In this document: positions 1 through 13,400 of the stretch, piece by piece
How positions within the stretch are numbered: position 1 is the first letter of the stretch
How the letters are laid out: the number at the start of each line of letters is the position of its first letter
From: Azolla caroliniana
Lineage: Eukaryota; Plantae; Polypodiophyta
DNA: 64,000 nt
Direction: 5' to 3'
NCBI GenBank assembly: GCA_043228905.1
Contig: JBHGNT010000003.1
Coordinates: 25,110,001 to 25,174,000, forward strand
Program-made: the position numbers and the translations under genes
The notes under the pieces: generated by a model
Database searches by the model: none
What the model was told of the DNA's origin: nothing
Seen by the model: only the letters and a program-made list of their open reading frames with translations

Positions 1-3000
1 AGTTCCTGTGGGAGAAGCTCAAATGGCAATGCTAGCAAAGATACGAGGCCCAAAATGCATACCTTTTTGTCATGTTCTCTACATTCAAATTCAAAATTAT
101 GGCCATCAATATAATAGAAATATTGTAACACAAATCAATGTAAAAGAGGAACAAAGATAGATAAACCTTCGAAAGTGAACAGGCTGACCACTTTTCTTTG
201 TTTCATACAGAAGGTTAAACCATGCCTGAAAAATCTCTGATGTGACTCCCATTTTCTGAAGGATGTTTAATGCCAGTCCTGTATTGTAATAGAGTGCATT
301 TGCAACCTACAAACAATTTTAGTCAGACAAGTGAACAAAAGAGGAGCAGAGCATACCACAATCATGTGAGTGAAAGAACAAGGGCTCCACTGCCGAAAAA
401 CTAAATAAAGGTTGATTCTTTTCGTCCAGCTATGGAAGTACAAGCAACTATTAAAGAAACTAAAGATAGAAGAATTTACAAAGAAATGCATTTCTGTAGA
501 GGTCATGCCTATGTGATTACATGTCATAATGATGTAGGTAATTGGATACATAGCAATAAACAGTAATGCTACACAGGCAGACTAATACTCAAATACTGAA
601 GAAAATAATGGATTACTGCTTATAACGAGTGCATTACATTCAAAATGGGCTTAAGAAATATACCACTTCAATCAACAAATCTTTTAAGTAATTTTTCTCT
701 GTCCTCCGCAGTCTATCGATGGCAATTCTCAGGTAAGGCTCAACCCATTCATCCACCCTACCCTTGCAATTCTGAAGAACGGCCTCAATAAGTTTTGGTG
801 CAGGTTCTATATCACCATCTTCAAAATTAGGGTCCGCAAAGACCTTTTTGTAAATAAAAAAGGTGAAAATTTTAGGCAAATGATAAACTATATAAGTAAC
901 AATAGTATATTTCCTTAAATTGAAATAATTACCCGGGATATCATTTTAAACAAGCTCTGCTGATAGTCCGGGTCTTTGCATGAAAGAAAATGTTCAGTGC
1001 TTCTGGATATGTAGTTGTCTAGAGGCACAAGAATATCTGGAGGATAAACCGGTTCTTTAGTCAAGTACACTTTAGGTAGAAAAATGCTAGTATGGTGTTT
1101 TTCAACATGAAACCACCCGCATACAATTTCAAAAACTAAAGTCTTATTAACTGTAAAATCATTACGAAAAGCTGATATAGAGCTTAGAAAGGGTCTCAAA
1201 TACATAGAATATAGAAATTTGCCTTCGCAAGGTGTAAAGAAAATGAGCATAGTTGTTCAACAAGAAACCACAAAAACACGATGCAGAAACTCAAGTCTAT
1301 TTTAACTAACCCCAATTTAGAAGATACTACATAAAAAGGTGATGCATAACACAATTTTTAATGAAAAAATTAGAAGATTAAAGTTAAATAGATGCCCATG
1401 CAGTACGATATTAACAAGGCCTACTTGTATCATTTCTCAATTATAAAGTTTGCATATTAATTCAACCCCTAGAGATAATGACAACTACAATTCTTGACTA
1501 AATTAGTAGCATAATTTATTTACAATTACTATGTCATCCACTCAATATGTTTAGAAATAGAAATGTGAGTTTATTTCCATTGTGAGGGCCACTTTAACAT
1601 TCCATTCATGACATGTTTAGTAGAGTGAATGGTCCTGGGTGTAATGACTTACTTTCAAAAAAATCAATGGCCCAATCATCCAAAGCTGAAACCATAAGTG
1701 GCCACAGGCTCCACATGTTGACCGATATAGTTGGAGAGAAGTAAGTTAAGTATGAAACTATCTCCAAAAGTTCCTCAAAAATATCTGACATATTAACGAG
1801 CCCACATAATTAACGAAACTTCTTAGGAGTGTTAAAAGGACACAAAGATAGACCTACCTTGCCCTTCTGTTGTTAACATGTGCTGCAAGATGGGAAGAAG
1901 AATGGGTTCCACTTGAGGAAAGAGTTCTGGAAGCCGGCTGACTGATTCTAAAATGGTGCTAATTGCTCTTAAGCAACCAACAGCTGCAAGGGCACCAGAG
2001 TCATCCTCTTCCTCCTCTCCCTCAGAAGAGCGGATACATCTCCAAAAGGCCGCAGCCTATATGTCAGATCATATACATGAGATTAATCTCTAAGGTGGAA
2101 TATTTTAAATTCAACCCAATGAGACAAAATAGCCAAATCCTTATCCATACTTTTTGTTCAGAATATCTGATCTTACACAACACTCGATTATTCAGAGTTC
2201 AATCATACGAATGCAACAAATAATGTCAAATTTCTAAGATTTAGAGAACCCTGAAATGAGTATTATACATTACAAGAGATCATGTTAGTGAAAGATATGC
2301 GGTAGCTGAATACGATACAGTTCACAAGACCTTTTGGAAATAGGAACATACCAAGCCAGCCTTACATAAAGCTGATGGACAAGACGTCTTTTAAGTTCCA
2401 GATAAATTAGACAATAAGCTTCCACAATTTATGGTTCCAGATAAATTACTCTGAATATGGACTTTTTGATAGAATAAAACTCAAATGAAGAAATTGGATT
2501 TGCTTTCCTTCGATCATCAGTTTACTATTAGGTAGACATCTCGTTGCAGAAATCCAACAATTGCTTAAACTTTAAGATGGGTATCTAGAAAACAAAGACA
2601 TACCAAATTTTGGCAAAGTCCAAGGGCATAAGGTGCCATCTCTTCCCCAAATTTATCGACAATTGTCTCCAATGTAAAAACCAAGTCTTCATTTTCAACC
2701 TCATTCATGAGTTTAAAGAACTCTGTATTTCCAGAAACTCATTAGACATAATTAATTTATGCATAGACTGCAAAACTAGATTAAGATTAGGACAACAATA
2801 CCATCAAGTAGCTGTGGTAAGATTGGGCGAAGTTCATTCAAATCTGCTTGAAAACCATGTAGATGCAATTAATCAAATGCAAATCTATTGTGCATAAATC
2901 AAACAGACTCATCCTTACAATCAGATTAGTAGTGGTTTTCATAGTGTCTACAGAGATAAGTACCTTTACAGGCTTCTATAAAGGACCTGAGTGCCACAAC

Positions 3001-6000
3001 AGAATCAACTCTAACCGGCAGTTCTGGATCTCTTAATGCTGCCACAATACTATGCATGGCAGCACTGAAATTCCGTTGGTCTGAAAAGTTAATAGTTGCA
3101 TACTGGCCAGAAACCCATGCTGCCTGAATTTGGCAATCAGCAAAACAAGAGTTAAAATAAATTACCTCAAGAATCATCAATCACCAAATAAAACAAATAC
3201 AGATAGTTTATTCAGTTCAGGTTTAAAAAAACTCCATACAATCCGGAGTTTTTCGTTATTTCTGCAAATGCCTGAATATCTGTTATCTTACCAAACACCC
3301 TTGATCAAGCCCTGGAAGAGAAGAAAGGGGAATGAATTGACCAAAGGCATTTGAGGAAATAAAGAAAAACACAGGGGTATTGTAGACTCTTTCCCTTCAA
3401 TTTTATGATATGTCATAGTTGTAAAAGCTAAGGTATGCACTTTTGCTCTAAGATGGCCAACAGGACTCTTGAACTCTGGGTAGACATGCTGAACAAGCAT
3501 TTGTTCTAATTGTAGCTTGTATGGCTCTGTTTGCTTTAGCTTATCACATAGTGCACCAACTGCAAGCAATGCACCATCCTTCTGCCTATATGGCTTCTGA
3601 CCAATTGGAGCTTCATCATACCTGTAATATTGAGCAATTAAACATAAATTTCAATTAGAGTCGCAATATGCAACAATAGAGGTCATCCTTCAGTATTTAG
3701 AAACCAAATAGCATAGCAAAGGATTTAGATTGTATTTACCTCCTGAATACATCAACAATGAAGGCTAAAAACTTCTGGAGATTCTCCTTTCCTCTTTTCC
3801 TGAAGAGCTCACTTATAAAGTTTATTGCTGCTGTTCGTGGACTGTACATGTCCTCTATGATGTCTGGTATAAACCAGTAGAATATTGATCACACTGTCTA
3901 GGGATTCCATGGGATAATATAAAGGATAGTAATCCAACAAATAACAGATTGCTCACCATATCCTTTCCTGACATATTCATACGGATCTTCATGCCACAGT
4001 TTATCATCCATGTCATTGAAACACATAAGAGGAAAGATAATCTCGAACAGAATGGCATCAAGACGAGGCTTTAAAAGCTGATAAGTTCCTGACTTTGAAA
4101 TACTGAAATAAACAAAAAATAATAATCCTAAGTGTGGCCAAATGACCTACCAACATGCTAGGTCAAAGAATGCCAATATATTCATGTTCAAAATTAAAGT
4201 GATTAAAGGAAAACACACCTTGTGCTGACATATTGCAACACAAGATTTGTAACCCGATCTGGCAAATATCCACCATGTTGTATGACACTCAATAATGTCA
4301 AATGACACTCTAAAAACTTGGCAGCAAATTGTGTCTGGAACATTTGAGCAAAAGCTTTATTTTCTGGCTTTGACATCTTTGGATCTCCAAACCTGTTGAG
4401 TATTATCAAAATGATCGTGATTACCAGAGTAACTCAAAGTTAAGAAATGAGAAACCAGGTTAACAGAGTAACTTGATGGTTATGTTAAGGCCACTGACCT
4501 GTTGTATAATCTATTCATAATATGTATACTCCACTTCTTAACCTTCCACCAGCCCCATCCTTTTCGCTGTTCTGGATCTGTAGGCTGACCTTCCATTGGT
4601 ACTGGTCTCTCTAGTATATTGTGAAAGCAAGCCATCCAAGAACCAAATACATTTGGATCATGTAACTGCTTGGGAATTTCCAGCTGATTACAAAGCATCA
4701 GAGGGCACGCTTAAGTTTCTTCTAGTAGTTTCATGCATCACATGAGCTACTTTAAACCCTCAAACAGGAAACCTTACATATATTGATGACCAAAAAATTT
4801 TGCATGAAAGCTTGATCAAATCAGCAACTTCGATTGGTGGGTTTGGCATTGATAATAGATACTTCAAAATCTCAAGCAAGGTTGAGAATGTAGAGTTGAT
4901 TATCTGATAAACTGGAGTCCTTTCATCCTCATCTTTGAACCTACAGAAGAAGATATAGGTCATAATTCTTCACGCACATCCCAGAGTAACACAAACAGAC
5001 ATTCCATTAGCAGATATAGGTCATTATAAGGGTAGGATTACGTGATCAGAGTAACTTGTTGGTTCTACATGTTGACAAATTTATTATATTAAAAGAAGCC
5101 TTATAAAGATGGGTATAATATAATTCGTAGTCGACCTGGTGACATGCTTTGGGAATAGTTTGCGCATTTATTAAATGAAAAGCAGACAATACCATAAGGA
5201 TGGATATTTGCCGCAGTAGCTGGATATTATTCATAGTTGACATGGTGAGATGCTTCTGGAATAGTTCGTGCATTTATTAAATGAAAAGCAGCCAATACCA
5301 TTATAACGATGGATATTTGCATCAGTAAACTGAATATAATATAATTCATAGTCAACATGGTGACAGCCCTGTAACAGTCAAATCAGAAAGAGAAACCATC
5401 TAGAATTTACTATGAGCAGTGCTACTACAGCCAAGTATAATGTCATTTGGCAGAAGCCATGATTTAAAACCACTTCTTCCAGTTTAGGAAGAGAACTTGG
5501 AAGACCCAGTACACCAACTATGTTTTCTTTCAACAAGGATGTCATAATCAACAGAGCATGTAAAAATACAAAACCCTTGTTAGGCAATCTTGTTCAAAAT
5601 TCACCCCAAATTCCAATTACTCAACTTTCTTTCAAAGAGAACATTGTAACCAAGATAGGACAATGGCAACAGGATTAATATAATACAGAACTTACAGTTT
5701 TGTTCAGCTAGCTTGATCCAGTCCAATCATTCAAATTGATAAACTTACAACAAAGACATGGTGGCCCAAAAGAGGGGAAGGATTCAAGAATATTTCAATA
5801 GAAATTAATCTTACTCGTATTTCCTTGTAAGGATTCTTAGCGTATACAAAGCTCCATAAATCCGTTGCTGATCTTGTGACTTGAGATTTGCATCTACATT
5901 GGGAAGCAAAGATGGCCATTTTTCTGGATAATCATGATTTACAATTGTCTTTAAGCCGTCACCAAGCTGAACCCTACAAGTTCATTATAATGAATATTAC

Positions 6001-8342
6001 TTCTCATGATTCACAATAGCTATATCTTACAGTTTAGACCAATAATTCTTAATGTAAATCACACAAATAACATCATTTCCCACATGTTACAGCACAAAGA
6101 AGACATTACCTACCTGATTATAGGTGGGGCATGCACAAGGGCCTCAAGAAGATGTTCACGGACTGCATTCCTATCACTTTGTGAAATTTGCACAACTGTA
6201 AGCAATGACAGAACAAGAAATATTAGAATCAACTTTAAAATGGTTACTCAAATATGGAAAAATAGGTGAAAATCGTAACGAGTATCATTCGACCAATGCT
6301 TGCCGACAACGTTCTTAAATTGTATACTAGCAACTTGACGAATTGATATATCTATGCTTGTGGTGACAACAATTTGAAGTAGACCCACTAGATGACCAGG
6401 TGCATGCTGACACTGAAACACATCAATGAATGGAGGTTTTTAGTACGCTGGAAAAATTAGCAAAGGGAAATAAATGATGTTGATGCAACCTAAATAATGT
6501 ATAAGAACATCACAACATTTGAACTTCTCTTAAGTGCCAGATTCAATCATGATTTAATTACTAACTGTTTAAATTCTAATACATACACTCTCAAACATCA
6601 TATTCAGCTTTGTGGAAATAAACCTACTACATTTATTAAATTATGAACCAAAAATGAGACCACAATTACAAAGGTTTTGAAATTTTAGAAGGAAATTATT
6701 GAAATATACTGTAACTTGCCAAAAAGTCCTCCAACTTAAACCATTAAAATGTTAAGTTAAAATTTCCTCTACGCAGAAAAATGCACATCAGAATGTTCAT
6801 TCCTAGAGAGTGTTCAGGAGATTATTTTTTATTAATGGACCACCTTTTCATGCATGAAATAATAGGAAGTTAAAATTTTATAAGAGTTTAGTAGAAAATA
6901 CATATACATATAAACAATATATGTGAGAACACAATAACCTTGTCGGACTATAGTACAATATATTTGAGGACACAATCACCTTGTAGGACTATAGTACAAT
7001 ACATGTACGTGAAAATGATATAGCAAACAATTCTTTAGCTAGATTATAAAGCCTTATGGGGGTGGGGGATAGTGTTACAATTAAGAAAGATATGAACAAG
7101 ACTTCAGTTTTAAAGGGGGCTATATTTTGCTGAGTGGTTATCTTTCAAGAACTTTCAAGCATTTTCATGATGACTTCTTCAAAAACAATTGCTAAGAGTA
7201 TGATAAAATAAAGAATTAGAATTAAATTCATGCACAAAAGGTAAATATTTCAGAATTTGGAGTGATTAGTTCAGTTTCTATACTTCCTAGATGTTTTATA
7301 ACCAAGTCTTTAAAAAGATAATCCAATTTTATTAAGAAAAATGAAGTTCAAGAACTTATAAATTTATCCCAGCCATTTAAATTTAGCAAATCTTTGAAGT
7401 TTCTTATTTTATATCCTGGGGATATACAAATTATAGAAGAAAAAAATAAGCCAAACACTGGATTAGCCCACTTTCTGGGTTCACAGCATATAAAAGTCAT
7501 CCAACAATTTACATTCTAGTAAGTCCACTAGGTTGGGGGAGTAAAAGAGAAGTAGAAGGGGTGGTAACGATTTCATGAGGAGCCAATTAGGATGAGACCT
7601 TTCTCTGACCCTATTCACCAAAAGAAGCACTTACTCGTTGCTCAGAAGAATTGCAAGTAATATTTGCAAAAAAGAAGACAAACACTAGATTACCTCTATT
7701 TCCTATGCTTTTTAGAGTTTCATTAGGACTTGTACATTTTTACACAAACCATAACCTAAACTTCACCCAGCCAGTTATATTATGTTAGCCCACGAGGTTC
7801 TTTTACCCAGAGGAATTGCAAGTAATATATTTTTCAGAAATATAGGCGTTAAATTTGTTTAGGTTCAACTTACAGCGCTTCTTTACTGGGGTTTATAAAA
7901 TCACCCCAGCCATTTATATTCAAAATGCTTCGGTGAATTCTAAACTCACTGCAATCATTTCCAGTGAATCCATAAGGTTCTTCATTGGTTCCTTACACAT
8001 ATAAGAACAAATTACGAAGATAAATAAGGATTAACATGATAAAAATAGAGAAAAACCGAATTCAGTAGAAAAGACATGAATAGAAATTAGGGAAAATTAA
8101 TCATTTAGAAGAAAAAGCATAGAAAAGAAATGTATCGGAAAAGGAAAGAAATGTATAGAAAACAAAATAAAAAAAGGAAAGAAATGGTTAGAAAAACAGT
8201 CAAAACGACAATAAACTTTTATTAGAGTTAAAGAAGAATACGAAAGGAGTACCTGAATAAGTCTAGTTTCCCCGAGCTTTCTGTCTTCTGGATTAGGGCT
8301 CAGGGCGAGCTGCAGCACAGAAGCAAGAGTTGGAAGATCCAT
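1..8342 (-). CDS. SAD2: Importin-beta family, importin-7/8 (SAD2-like); 5' part only, continues past position 1
   Basis: Spliced ORF starting [22 protein letters not shown], with IBN_N motif [11 protein letters not shown] and importin-7 motifs [57 protein letters not shown] and [15 protein letters not shown] exons read by eye: 8342-8253, 6412-6280, 6195-6114, 5973-5815, 4940-4778, 4683-4499, 4392-4218, 4102-3957, 3863-3740, 3621-3441, 3123-2964, 2843-2802, 2722-2604, 2056-1858, 1784-1653, 1036-933, 843-664, 306-167, 78-<1. Confidence 0.93.
5085..5365. repeat. Degenerate ~105-bp tandem repeat (2-3 copies) in an importin intron
   Basis: The unit gcatttattaaatgaaaagcag..aataccat..gatggatatttgc..cagta..ctg..tat..attcatagt.gacatggtga recurs near 5165 and 5270, with a weaker copy near 5085. 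Confidence 0.7.
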
Positions 8343-8591
8343 ATCTTTCTCTCTCCTTTTTTCCTCCTTCCTTCCTTTTTTCCTCAGAAATTGAGCTCAC
8401 GACTCTTTCTTCCTTCTTTTCTTTCTTTCTCAGAAATAGAGCTCCCGGTTCTTTCTTTCAACACAAAAAGTGAGCCTACGATTTATAGAGATAATAGAGG
8501 AAGGAAGGATCGGGGAAGAGAAATACTGTCGAAGAAGAACTGGAGACGGAAACTTCAGGCTATGGCGACCTCAGAGAACATACAGGAAGAG

Positions 8592-8600
8592 TGTGCGTGT

Positions 8601-8658
<58 letters not shown>
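8592..8658. repeat. Compound (GT)n(GA)n microsatellite upstream of the importin ATG
   Basis: Directly visible. On the gene's strand it reads as a CT/CA tract, typical of plant 5'UTR and promoter regions. Confidence 0.95.
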
Positions 8659-8661
<3 letters not shown>

Positions 8662-9861
8662 GAACTAAAGGAAATGAAATGAAGAAGACACACTTAACCT
8701 AACCATGGTTAATTAACCTTTTAATTGTTTCATTAAAATTCTAATGGTTTTAGTTAGATTTATTTTTATTATTTTTATTTATTAGTTTCCTTTTTCTTTT
8801 TAATTTTTATTCATGCTTTTTGCTTTTTGTTTGTTTTTTTGCTTTTTGCTTGTTTTTTTGTTTTTTGCTTTTTGTAACAAGACATGAATGCAAAACTCTT
8901 GAACTTGGAATATTTATTGGGCTACAAAAAACATGTTGTAATACTAAACACTTACCCGTGTGCCAAATGCACCTCATACAATATTAGCTCCTAACTTCTA
9001 AGCTCAAGAATTAGCTTACATCAGCTCTATGGCAAGAGTTAATACACTAGTGTCAAGGGCAAGATGGTACAACATTGCTTCCCAAGCTCAACATTAAGCA
9101 TATATTGGTTGTATTGCGTATGATGTCCACACTAATCTAACGGTCCATCGATGCCAATTTGTCTTGTGACATGTCAATGAAGATGATGTCTTTGTTCACG
9201 AGGAGTGCATAAGATCTATATGGCAAAGTATGGACCAAGAGTATGTGAAGAAGATGTTAAGATAACATATGCGACTAAAAGGGCCATGGTGAGTGTTCCC
9301 AAGGGGTGAATGGTAATTTGCCAGAACTAGGCTTTTCTAAGTGAGGATATCTACACATATGCTTAATGTATTAGAAAAAGCAGTGATTGATAGAACCAAA
9401 CCCTTAGGAAATTTGTGAATGTGTGGCTCACATGCATTACTTTGTTGCATCACACTAGAGAGAGAATTAACATTTACTAGAAACCTCAACTACCCTATGA
9501 AAAAAATGTGTTACAAAAGCAAAATCTAATTATATGTGTGTCTTTAATATCCATAAAGATGATCTTAACAGATAATGTTTAAAAATGATTCCAATGATGA
9601 TCTTACAAGCATGAAGTGCACGACAATTATATATGGTTTGAGTTGTTTCAAGGGACATGATATGTAATGTTGGTGATTGTTATATGTATGTCCTTTAACG
9701 CATTGAAATTACTAGTGATAATGCCCATGATCATGTCATTGTATGCCCATATTTGGTGCCTATAGACCAACAATCCATATCATCAAAATCCTATGGTCTC
9801 TCAATGGTGACTCTTTACATTGTTGATGGAGGTGCAAACCTATTGAAGAAGTCTATGAGGG

Positions 9862-9878
9862 GTGTGTGTGTGTGTGTG

Positions 9879-9947
<69 letters not shown>
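9862..9947. repeat. Compound (GT)n(GA)n microsatellite
   Basis: Directly visible, with a long perfect GA run. Confidence 0.95.
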
Positions 9948-9950
<3 letters not shown>

Positions 9951-10462
9951 TGTTATTTTAATTTCACACCTATGGAAAATACAATCTTATTTTAACATGC
10001 AATCCTCTAATCCTAGTTAGTAACTCATAAACCTAGATTAACATACACTCTACAAGATTAATGCCATTATCAACAAAAGGAGGAAATGGTTAAAGCATCA
10101 ATTAATGAGAAAAGTTGGAGAGGTTACCAACACTACCATGACTATCCTCATGAATATTTTCCCTTTAGAACACTAAATGTTGAGGAATGCCGAGATTGGA
10201 ACATCTTACATCAGTAAACTACATAGTAAATGAGGTGAGTATGTAGTGCCGGAGAAATATAGATCAACCCATACGTCAGAATGAATCACTCCAGAATATA
10301 CCAATCTATGATAAAATTAAATTATACAGGAACAGCGTGTGAAAATTAGACAGACGTATGTACTCCAAAATAAGAATATTTATTGCGCGAATTGTACCAC
10401 TACACCATACAAAAAACAAAACAAACCCCTCCTCGAAACACACACATGCAGGAGATATTCAC

Positions 10463-13400
10463 TCAAGGATGCTTAATTGGGGAATAAATAGGATATCCAT
10501 TCTGTCCAAGTGTATAAGGAAGACAATCAGGAATCAAAAGGTGAGTTTGAATTGGATATCCGATTAACATATTCATATCATTCCGAAATCGATTCGATAA
10601 GTCTACTTGAGAGCTTTGCCAATGGTATTCAGGTATGGATTCTATGACTCCACAAGGAGAGCTAATTGAATGATGTAAAGGAGAGTGTGAATATGAGTGA
10701 TGTAGGTGCATATGATCTCCATCTAAAGCATTAGAGAACTGAGGAAATGTGGTGCAACCATCAAGATGTGGCCCTCTATTATCACCTCTCTCAGCTTGAT
10801 GCACATTCATACCCATTCCGAGATTATGTGTATAAATTCTACCACGATGTAACTCATATGAAGGAAGAATAGGGGAGTAAACGTTTGCATCATGTCGAAG
10901 AAATTTGTCCTCATCTAGAAGCTCATTGATGATATCGAGATGTGGGAATTCCTCTGACATGGTTGCACCCGAAACTGATGCTTCCTCACTTCCAACATGT
11001 CGAGCCATATGATGCTGAGATGAGCTCCCCTGGTGTTGATTTGAACAGGAACTGGTAATATATTGAGATGGGTCACTCTGGTGTTCATCCAACAAGGAAC
11101 TAGTAATATGATGAGATAAGTGTGGATTGGAAGATGAATATGAAATATGTTGAGATAAGTTCCTCTGGTGTTCCGTTGAAGAAAGACTAGTAATATGCTG
11201 AGATTCACTCCTCCGCTGTTCATTCAGAAGGGAACTGGTAATATACTGAGATAGGTTACTCTGGTGTTTATTTGAAGGAGAATCAGTCATACGTTGAGAT
11301 AAGTTCCTCTGGTGTTCATTTGAAGAGGGACTAGTAATATTTTGAGGTAAGCTTCTCTGATGTTCATTTGAAGAGGAATTGAAAATCTGCTGACATAAGT
11401 TTTTCTGATGTTCATACAAAGAGGAACTGGTGAAATGCTGAGAAAAACTACTCTGTCGTTGTTCACTTGAAGGAGAACTAGCAATATAATGAGATAATAT
11501 CCTCTGGTGTTCCACCAAAGGTGGACTAGTGATATGCAGAGATAATATCCTCTCGCATTCATCTGGGGTTAAACTTGTATTGTGTTCATTTGAAGGAGAA
11601 TCAGTATTATGATCATCTAGTAGCAAATTTCCTCTTGTTTCCTGCGATGGAAACTGGGATTCTGAACGGCCATCATCAGCATGGTGATTAACCTGATTCT
11701 CTTGTTGCTGGTCTGAATGTAGCAACTCAGGGATGACTGTACCAAAAGTTGTTTCCTTCGATGGAAACTGGGATTCTGAACGACAGCCATCATCAGCATG
11801 GTGATTAACTTGATTCTCTTGTTGCTGGTCTGAATGTAGCAACTCAGGGGTGACTGTACCAAAAGTGAACTCAATGCTGCTTTCTTGATGTTCAGGTTGC
11901 CCACCTTTACACACGATTTGTTCAGATCCTGATTCACCTTTTGCGCTCTCCGCCAGCAATTGGTTTGCAGGAAAATCAATTTGTTCAACACTAGAAGATG
12001 TTCTTGAGATTGCTTCACCTCCACATCCATGAAGAGTAATATTCAAATATAGCAGATCATTAGTTCTAAAGGCTGATTCAGCCTGAGAAATAGGTGTGTT
12101 CGAAGTAGCAAGCAGGCTGTTGTTTCCTATAATATCCAAGGGATCATTGCTATAAGAAATGACTGCTGAGCCTTGATGCATAGAAGATGACGAAGTGAAA
12201 TCTGTGGCTGTGACTCCTAAACTGTCCAGTGCACCCACACATCTTGCCGACTGTGATGGTAATGGTGACTGTCGGTTCACAACAGTGGCTGTTCTTGAAG
12301 TTGTCGGTAGATCTGGTGCATTTGATGGTCGAGATGATTGGGTATCCACAGAATTTGTACTTGATGCTGAAGGAAAATCTGCATTACTAACAGATTCTAT
12401 AGTTTCCATAGCGTTCTTAGAAGAACAATCTATCAGCCAGCCTTTGGACTTGACGATGTCATTACTGGTATTGATACCATCTCCAGATGTAAATTCAATA
12501 ATAGCATTTGGTATCCTTTTCTCGACATCATTTCCCAAAGTACTCGGTGTGCTGTCTCTAAGTTTACCAACGTTTTTCAAAAGAACCTTAGTTTTCTCCC
12601 TGATAGGAACATCAGAATCAGCCTTGTTCCAGATATCATCACCCTCTTGTCCATCCTCATTAGTACCAACTTGACGTCGTCGACAATAACTAAGCTGTTT
12701 CTGCGAAGTATCAACCAGTTCCTGCTGTCATTGTGAAGAAAATAGACAAACACGAACAAATTCTTACTCCTAGAGTCAAAAGTATAACACCAATTTCCTA
12801 CACTTGTTGATAAACTGGCCAATACCTTCTCAGAGAGACTATGCTGAAGTGACTGAGCATGCTTTTTTAATGATGCAAATGCTGCCTCTGTTTCTGGATC
12901 ATAATTGCAGTTATAACTGTTATGTGTATGCTCCAAAATGCCCAACTGGCCCCTTGAAACTCCAGTTTCACCTTGTCTTGATTTCTTATCACTCATAACC
13001 CTTCCACGTGATCTGCTACAAATAGAATAAAAGCTTAATAACTAACTATTCTCCTAAAAAAACAAATCATCAAGAGAAACAAGTATAGCACCTGCTAGCA
13101 TGATCTGCGACAACAATCAGAAAGTAAGGCAGTAACTACCACATTTTCCCAAACAAGAAAAAGTGTCTTTTAAAACAACAAATCATAAAGACCAACAAGT
13201 ATGCACCTGCTAGCCGATGTTTGACTTAAATCACCCAAGCTTGTACTTGACCTCTTCCAACCAGGCCCATTTGAAGCATCACAGAGAGAGAGAATAGAAT
13301 CTGAGGAACATGTAGATGAGCTATCATCTAGAAAGCCTTCATGCTTCCGATTTGTTTTGTCATTCGAAACAAAGTCTAAGCATGAAGCTCCACTGAAAGT

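Noticed and set aside
8391-9950. ORFs with CVCV and ERER runs
   Set aside because: These are translations of GT/GA microsatellites.
12577-12996. Apparent frameshift between ORFs 12577-12996 and 10463-12580
   Set aside because: Resolved by a GT-AG intron at 12825-12725 that joins the two in frame.
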